A stretch of DNA of 64,000 nucleotides. It comes from Proteromonas lacertae (Eukaryota). Under the pieces are notes generated by a model. The model saw only the letters and a program-made list of their open reading frames with translations. It did not search any database and had not been told where the DNA came from. The translations under genes were made by a program, and so were the position numbers. The stretch is from positions 62,001 through 126,000 of the forward strand of contig NGBS01000875.1 in NCBI GenBank assembly GCA_002245135.1, given 5' to 3'. Shown one piece after another: positions 56,508 to 64,000 of the stretch. Numbering within the stretch: position 1 is the stretch's first letter; every line of letters begins with the position of its first letter.

Positions 56508-56713
56508 ATTATAGCCTTAAGAGAAGAAGAATGATTTGAAATTAAAGAAATGATAAAATAAGTTCGACTTGCTTGATTATGGTTAATGAAAAAACATGTG
56601 TAACGAATATATTTGTGTTAAGACAAATAAAGCTTGTATCGCAACACTGATTATACACACATTCTTATTGTATTAACTCAACATCAATTGAAAGAGAATA
56701 AAGTTTTATATAA

Positions 56714-57176
56714 ATGATGAGCGCAATGAAAAATATCGTTCCACCAAAAGGTATTAATTATACTCTCTTTGAAGACATTTTTATTTATTTTGTGTATAGT
56801 ACCTATTGCGAACGATTGTACACTTTGTACTGATTCTAGTACACCTTGTAAACACTGCAGATGCCCAGGATATACTGACTGTGATCATAATCCTGTATAA
56901 CTGATAGTTTTTATTACTTAGGGAGAACCATGTGTAAGAACAAGATATAATAGAAGATCGGTTTGTAATCCATGCGAAAGAAGAAAGCTTGAACAGTATT
57001 TTTATATATTTGTTATTAACTAACTATAGGAAAAAGAGAGACCTGATATTTTCAACACTATCATCGCAAGGTTTTTGTATACAACCAGCAATGACAAGAA
57101 TCTTCCCAGATGCAACACCAAGTAGTATATCCAATCAACCTTCACTACCAATCATGTCCGAATGGTCATCTCCATC

Positions 57177-57213
<37 letters not shown>

Positions 57214-58713
57214 ATGTACTTTTCACAATCCAATACTACAACATCATCATCATTTTCTTCTCCATTCTTCAGCAATCCAATTTCTACTTTAGATGATCCA
57301 ATTCAATTAGAATATGACTCATTAAATGTTCCACTACCAGAAGACACAATTACCACTTCATCCACAACAACAGAACCAGTTGTAAAAGAAGATGAAATAA
57401 GTGATGAGAATATTTATGAAGAAGAAGATTCCTCCAAAATAATAAGAAGAAAACTAATTCATATAAATGTTGAATCAAATCCAACTCCATTTGGTTTAAT
57501 ACCAATCTGTAAAGAAAGAGACACATTGAGTTATGCGAGAGATTATTTGGAAAGAAAGATAAGTAATTGTCCAAAGAGCTTTCTATTTTTGAGTAACAGT
57601 GGTTCAATAATCGAAAAAGATCAAGAAAGTGAGTTATTAATATTTGATCAGATCGTATCTGAAGAATGGAAACATCATACATTTGCTAGAACGATCAGAA
57701 GAGATCATTTATTTATACGAATAATTGATATATTAAAGAATAATGAAGATAATGAAACAAAATCGAAGAAAAGAAAACGAGATGATGATGATGATGATGA
57801 TAAAGATAAAGATAATGAAAAGCGAAGAAAACTATTAGAAGAGTTATTCAACAGTGCTCCAATCGAATTACAACAACAATTAGCAATGAAAGTATTTGAA
57901 CATAATAATTTCAATATAAAAAGAAATGATGATAAAGAAATGAATAAACCGTTTTCATTAGCATCTATGGAGATATATAATAAAAATATAGTAGGATTAA
58001 ATTATATATTATATCATGGATGTAATATTAATCAATATGATAGTAAAAATGGAAATAGTTTATTGCATTATGCTTGTTTAGAGAACAACTGGGAAGCTGC
58101 CACTCTAATTCTATCAACAGTAACTGAAAAGAATCAATATTTATGTGGAAATGTAGATTATCTATGTAGAAATAAAGAAGGTAAAATGCCAGAAGATTTA
58201 AGTACAAACAATGATATAAAGAATTTATTATTATCATTTCGAAATCATACATTTCGAATCTATAATGGTAATAATAATTGTTTTACATCAGTTGGATGTA
58301 AATTATTTGAATTGCGAGAAATAATATCAGATATTTGTCATGATGATATAATATCCAATAATGTAATCTTTGTATATGAAGGTACGAAAATATGTAAGAA
58401 ACAAGAGAAAGATATTTATATTCCAAATGATAAAGAAGGAATGTGTGAAATTTGTATAAATCCATTTAAAGTGAATGAAATTCCAGTAGATGATAATGAA
58501 GAATTGAATATTAGAATGAATAATATATTTCGAATTAGATCAGCTGAAGAACATACTGAAAATAATAATAATAAATCATTATTTATAAAGAAACATGTAG
58601 ATGAAGAAGTTCCATTATATAGAAGAGATTTGAAATTTGGAGTTCATCCTACAATACCTAAAGCAGCTCAACAACCTCCTCCTACTGCTAATTCTCAATA
58701 CCCTCCTAAATAG
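56714..58713 (+). CDS. Protein with an N-terminal Cys/His-rich domain, polyQ, NLS-like basic patch and ankyrin repeats
   Basis: Three introns give CTLC...CKHCRCPGYTDCDHNPGEPC......RSVCNPC. Also a Q-run, KSKKRKR and ankyrin GCNINQYD..GNSLLHYAC. Confidence 0.7.
57178..57213 (+). repeat. (CAA)n microsatellite encoding polyglutamine
   Basis: About 12 tandem CAA units. Confidence 0.9.
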
Positions 58714-58996
58714 ACTACATCTTTATTTATTTAATGAATATAAATATTATTTTGTTGAAATATTGTTTAGAATATATTTGAATGATTTTTTGTATATATT
58801 CAATACACAAGAGAGTAATTGTGAGAAGATGCTTAGGAAAGATAACCAGTATATGGTATAGAATAACAATCAATACAAATAATTCATAAAAAACATCTAT
58901 AGGATAAATAAACCAAAACTGATGTTGATTGATCAAAAATTTCAAAATAGAAATGAAGTAGAAACGAATAAATATTTTGAAATTTCAATTTTTTCA

Positions 58997-61900
58997 ATGA
59001 ATGATATAGAAGGGTTATTGAAGTATAATTTACCGAAAATTGAAGTATGTGAAATATTTGTATATGTAATAGATAAAACAAAAAGTTGAAAAGAGTGTTA
59101 ATGAAGTAGATTTAGCAGTTAAAAGTAAAAATGATATTAAGATATTGAAACTGCTAAAAATTGATGATGTTAAAGAAAAGAAGATATCAAAATTTGTTGA
59201 GAATAACATGTTGTTAAGTTGTTGTTTCCTTTTTATTTATCCTTCTGAAGTAAATATGTTCGGGGATAATGTGATGATTCTAGAACGAAGATATTATTGT
59301 AAAGACTTAAAAGGAGTAATAGTAAATAATAGTTATTCAAGTGTTAATATTTGTATTATACTATTTTCATTATGTAAAATTATGATGAAATTGAGTGAAT
59401 TTGATTTAGTTGTTGGTAATTTGAAGAGTTCTAACATAGTATATGATGAAAATAATGATATAAAGTTATGTGATTTATTTCTGAATGAATTAAGAAAAGA
59501 AGAAGATATGAAATTATATGATGTTTGCTTCAAAAGCCCTGAAGAGTTGAATGGATATGAATGTAATGAGAAAAGTGTGATTTGGTCAGTTGGTTGTATA
59601 TTATATGAAATGATTTGTAAGAAACTGCCATTTAATGAAGATGATAATATTTATAAAACCATGAATAATATCCAGAGATGTAAATACAATTTAGATATAG
59701 AATGTGATGAAATGATGAAAGAATTGATGATAAAGATGTTAAAAGTGAAGAGTGAAGATAGATTGAGTTTAAAAGAGTTGAAGAAAGAAATAAAGAAGAT
59801 GTATGAAATATTAAAGGATGGTGAAGAGAAATTACTATATATTTGTAATAACAAAATTGTTTTACTTCCAATTGTATATCCAATAGAAAATTATTTTCAA
59901 AGCGAGAAATGGAAAGAAATTAGGAAAGAATTAATAAAATGGTACAATTATGAACCAGATGAAAGAATTCTGTCAGTTTTATTTAAGATGATTATATCCG
60001 AAAGAGATGGTTATTCTATAAGAAACAAAATGAAATTCCAAATACATCACCATTGTAAATATGGAAAAGAATGTCATTTAGATAAAATGATATTCAATAT
60101 AGAAACATATTATATTGATAATCATAAAGAACTTATTATAAACAATAGTTGTATATGTTTATGTGAAGAAGGAATTAATTATCTCTTCAGAATATTGAAG
60201 CTTATCAATCCATCAAAGCTTTGTTTTGGTATTGACATTCCACTCCATTTTCAATTATTTTTTCAATCACATTTTTTACAATTACCAAATTTACAAAAAT
60301 TACATTTAAGTGGATGTAATCTTTCAAATTCTTTTATTGAATCATTTGTTAAATCAATTCCGTTGATGAAATTGAAATATATAGATCTTCATTGTATCTA
60401 TAATCATATTGTTATTTTATGAAATAGATAATCCAATTGGTCCAAAATCATTCAAACTATTACTTCCACATTTGCATTTATTAATTAACGATTTTAATGA
60501 ATTATATCTTAATGGTATGAATTTGAATGATGAATCAATGATATTATTATCATCAGAATTATATAAATATCCAAATATTGAGAGAATATATATTGAATCA
60601 AACAAAAATATTCATTTTGTTGGATTAAAAGCTTTATTCTCCAAATTTCCAATTTCAAAAGTAGACTTTGATTTGAAAGGATGTAAAGAAATACTGATTG
60701 ATAAAGACATTCCAGAATTGATTAAATATATAAAATTACTTTCTTATAGTAATGTTTTACTTGATGTTAGGAATTTAGAAATTGATGATGATTTTTTCAA
60801 ATCATTCATTACATTAAGATCAAATGAATTCGAAGGAATAGAAAAGTTGAATTTGAGTAGTATAATTTGATATTTTTCTACTATTTAGGTAACAAACTAA
60901 CAAGTAAAAGCATAGAAATATTGATTGACAATTTATCATCATTTCCAAATCTTAAATATATTGAATTATATGGAAATGAAATTGGAGATTTTGGAATGAG
61001 GATATTATCTCCTCATTTACATTTATTAGGAAGTTATCTGATCTGTTCAAGTATAATTATAATTAACATGTAATAGAAATGGGATTATCTTCAATTGGCT
61101 TAAAATATTTGGTTGATAGTTTAAAGAACATAGGAACAATCATTAAACTTGATATTAGTGATAATAATATAGATTCAGATGGAATAGAATATTTGATAAA
61201 GTATATGAAAAAAAATGATAAAAAAGGAAAATTATTTATTCATAGTAATATTTATTTATTTTATTATAATTTATAGATAATCCATTTGGAAATGATGGAT
61301 TTAAGTTATTATTAGATAAAATAAGCATATTAAAGTACAGTGTTTTTTCAGGAGACATAATTGATTTAAGTAACATATCAATAGATGATGAAAGTGTATT
61401 ATTATTATCTACTAAAATACAATTAACTAAAAAATGTAAAGAGATAAATTTAAAAGGAAATAACATAAGAATGAATGGATTAAAAGCAATTTGTTCTAAA
61501 TCATTAGAGAAAGTAGAATATCCATTTATAGAAATGAAGAACTTTTTATGGACAAATGAAGAATTGGAATATTATTTGAATTATTGCATAAAGAAAAGAA
61601 AGGATAATAAATTTTATGATTTTTCCAGTACAATATTGTTATATATATAAATAGATTTAAATATTAATGATTCTCACATTTCCTTGATTAAAAATATATA
61701 TTATGAAAAACTTGATTTATCCAATAATAAAATTACTTCAAAAGGCATAAAAGAATTATTAGATTCTATACCATATTATTCAAATTGTATTTTAATTCAT
61801 AACAATGCAATTGAAAATGAAGGAATAAAAATAATTTGTAAGTGTTTAAATATATTTGTTACAAATGATTATACAAATATAAATCTATCAAGTATTATAC

Positions 61901-62232
61901 AATATAATACCAATTTTATAATCTAAATAGATATTGGAATGAGTATGAAAGGATTTAGAATGTTAATAAATAGATTAAAGTTTTTAGAACTCATAAGAAA
62001 TTTGAATATATCAGGAAATGAATTGAATGAAAAAGGATTAAGATTAATGAAAGAAAATGAAAGAATATTTGATGGTTTAAGGGAATTATCAATAACTGTA
62101 AGAGAAGATGTAGATAAATTTGAATTAAAATCATTCTTAAAAACATTCTCATCAGTTAATACAATCAAACTAGATGGAATTTCAGAAGAAGAAAAGAAAG
62201 AACTATCAAAAGCATTCTTCAATATTCAATAA
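58997..62232 (+). CDS. Pseudokinase-LRR protein, copy B (apparently intact, 7 introns)
   Basis: VGNLKSSNI, IKLCDLF and FKSPE..SVIWSVGCILYEM, then RNI-like LRR exons. Removing the GT-AG introns appears to give a continuous frame. Confidence 0.85.
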
Positions 62233-62561
62233 TTAATATCTCATTATATTTGTTGTTTGATGGATTAAAAATAAACGAAAGAAGCTGTTATTGAAAATTC
62301 TACAAGGTTATACTTAATATTTCTTCTAATAGAAAATAATATGATGTAAAGGTATTATTTTAAACTATTCTGAGTAGAATTATTCCATAACTGAAGAAGT
62401 TTAAGAAGAATTTAAATTATGTGGGGTATGGAAAAAATATCAATCAAATTTGTATTTTGATCAAGCTTTTATCAATCAAATTAAAATATCATTCAAAAAC
62501 CGTTTTTTCGTTTTTAATTTTTAGTATGATTAAAGCTTTATATTTCCTAGATTTTATATAA

Positions 62562-64000
62562 ATGGCTGAAAGTACAGCAAAGGAAATGAGATTAGCAGGA
62601 GTTATTGGTTTAGATGGTATTTTTTGATACTTTTTATATTTGTTAATAGGAACAAATCCCAAAAGCATTTTATACCATCCAGATGGTTTACATATTGTTT
62701 ATTCTTTGGGTTCAACTGTAGTGATTAGAAATATAACTTCAGGAAAGCAAGTATTTTTGACTGGTCATACAGATCGTGTATCGTGTTTCGATATTAGTAA
62801 AGATGGTAAATACATTGCCTCTGGACAAATCACACATATGGGTTTTCTAGCTATTGTTATAGTATGGGATTTTGAAAAAGCAATACAAAATGGAAATATA
62901 TACGAAGGACCTCACGAACGAGTATACACATTAGAACTACACAAAGTAAAAGTCCAAGCAGTTGCCTTTTCTCCATCAGGTGAATTCCTAACTACACTTG
63001 GTGGTCAAGATGATAATAATGTTGTCGTATGGGATATGAAGACAGGTGATGCAATCTGTGGTAGTCCATCTGCACCAGATACAAGTCTTTGTTTAGAATG
63101 GTATAACAATAGTGATGCAATATTTGTAACATGTGGACATGGAGGTATTAGAATATGGGAGTTTGATCGTCCAGGTAGAAAGATACATCCAACTGACTGT
63201 ATGTTAGGACAATATAAAAGAACATTCTGTTCCTTAGCTATTAGTGAATCAGATGAATCAATCTTTGCAGGTACTTTAACAGGTGATATATTAAGAGTAA
63301 GTGGTAATACTGCTAGATTAATATGTGCAGGTGATAAACGATATTCATTAGGAGTTACATCATTAAGATCATATACATGTGGTTCAGGTAATAGAGCAAT
63401 GGATTACTTAATGTTTGGTACAGGAGATGGTATGATTGGTAGATGTAAAAGCTATGATAGAGAAATGAAACAAGAGTTTGTACAACAAGTAGATGGTGGT
63501 GTTACTGCTATTACAATAAGTCCTGATTTCAAGAAAATAATGATTAGTACAAATATGGGTAATAGATATGAAGCTCCAATAGAGAATATGAAACCAACAT
63601 TGAAAGAAACATCTCATCATTCTCAAATTAATGATGTTGCATTCCCACAAGGATGTTCTGAATTATTTGCAACTTGTAGTAAAGGTGAAATTAGATTATG
63701 GAATAGTCGAAATCGTAAGGAGTTATTACGTATTAGAGTTCCAAATCAAGATTGTTTATCTGTATTTATATCTCCAGATGGTAAATCAATAGTTAGTGGT
63801 TGGGATGATGGTAAAATCAGAGCATTTTATCCAGAAAGTGGTAAGTTATTATACGTTATTCATGATGCTCATCAAGAGGGTGTTACTGCATTAGATATGA
63901 CTCAAGATAGCCAGTTTATATTGAGTGGAGGAACAGATGGACAAGTCAGATTATGGAGGTTATTGCCACAGAAACAAAGAATGGAAGTGTCACTTAAAGA
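62562..64000 (+). CDS. CFAP52: Cilia- and flagella-associated protein 52 (WDR16); runs off the window end (not in ORF track)
   Basis: VIGLDG, HPDG.HIVYSLGSTVVI, FLTGH..RVSC, YIASGQITHMGFLA, LGGQDDNNVVVW...G.AICGSP and SIVSGWDDGKIRAF.PESG. Confidence 0.92.

Noticed and set aside
51307..62232. Composite transposon with long inverted repeats
   Set aside because: The inverted units are diverged intron-containing genes. There is no transposase, terminal repeat or target-site duplication, and the enclosed genes are ordinary.

Overview
This is a gene-dense, very AT-rich eukaryotic nuclear segment with about 30 protein genes, many very short GT-AG introns (mostly ~25-40 nt) and intergenic gaps often under 100 bp. 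The supplied ORF track fragments most genes, so I rebuilt them by hand. Mastigoneme (Sig1/Ocm1-like) proteins, a GPCR-PIP kinase, axonemal genes (WDR78/DNAI4, CFAP52) and mitochondrial genes (Oxa1, mL53-like) suggest a flagellated stramenopile. A Blastocystis relative such as Proteromonas is plausible, but that is inference only. Highlights: (1) an intron-containing, B12-dependent class II ribonucleotide reductase with an E2F/CDE + 4-nt spacer + CHR element just upstream; (2) two outward-facing pseudokinase-LRR paralogues whose LRR exons are bounded by same-phase introns, a candidate immune-sensor family; (3) He_PIG (putative Ig) repeats in both a giant surface protein and a cytosolic BTB protein; (4) many single-base frameshifts, including in KIF4 and RUVBL1, most likely assembly errors; (5) recurrent short motifs near starts and stops. 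There is one tRNA-Gly(CCC). No CRISPR array, rRNA or recognisable transposon was seen. All family calls come from motif recognition by eye, not database searches.
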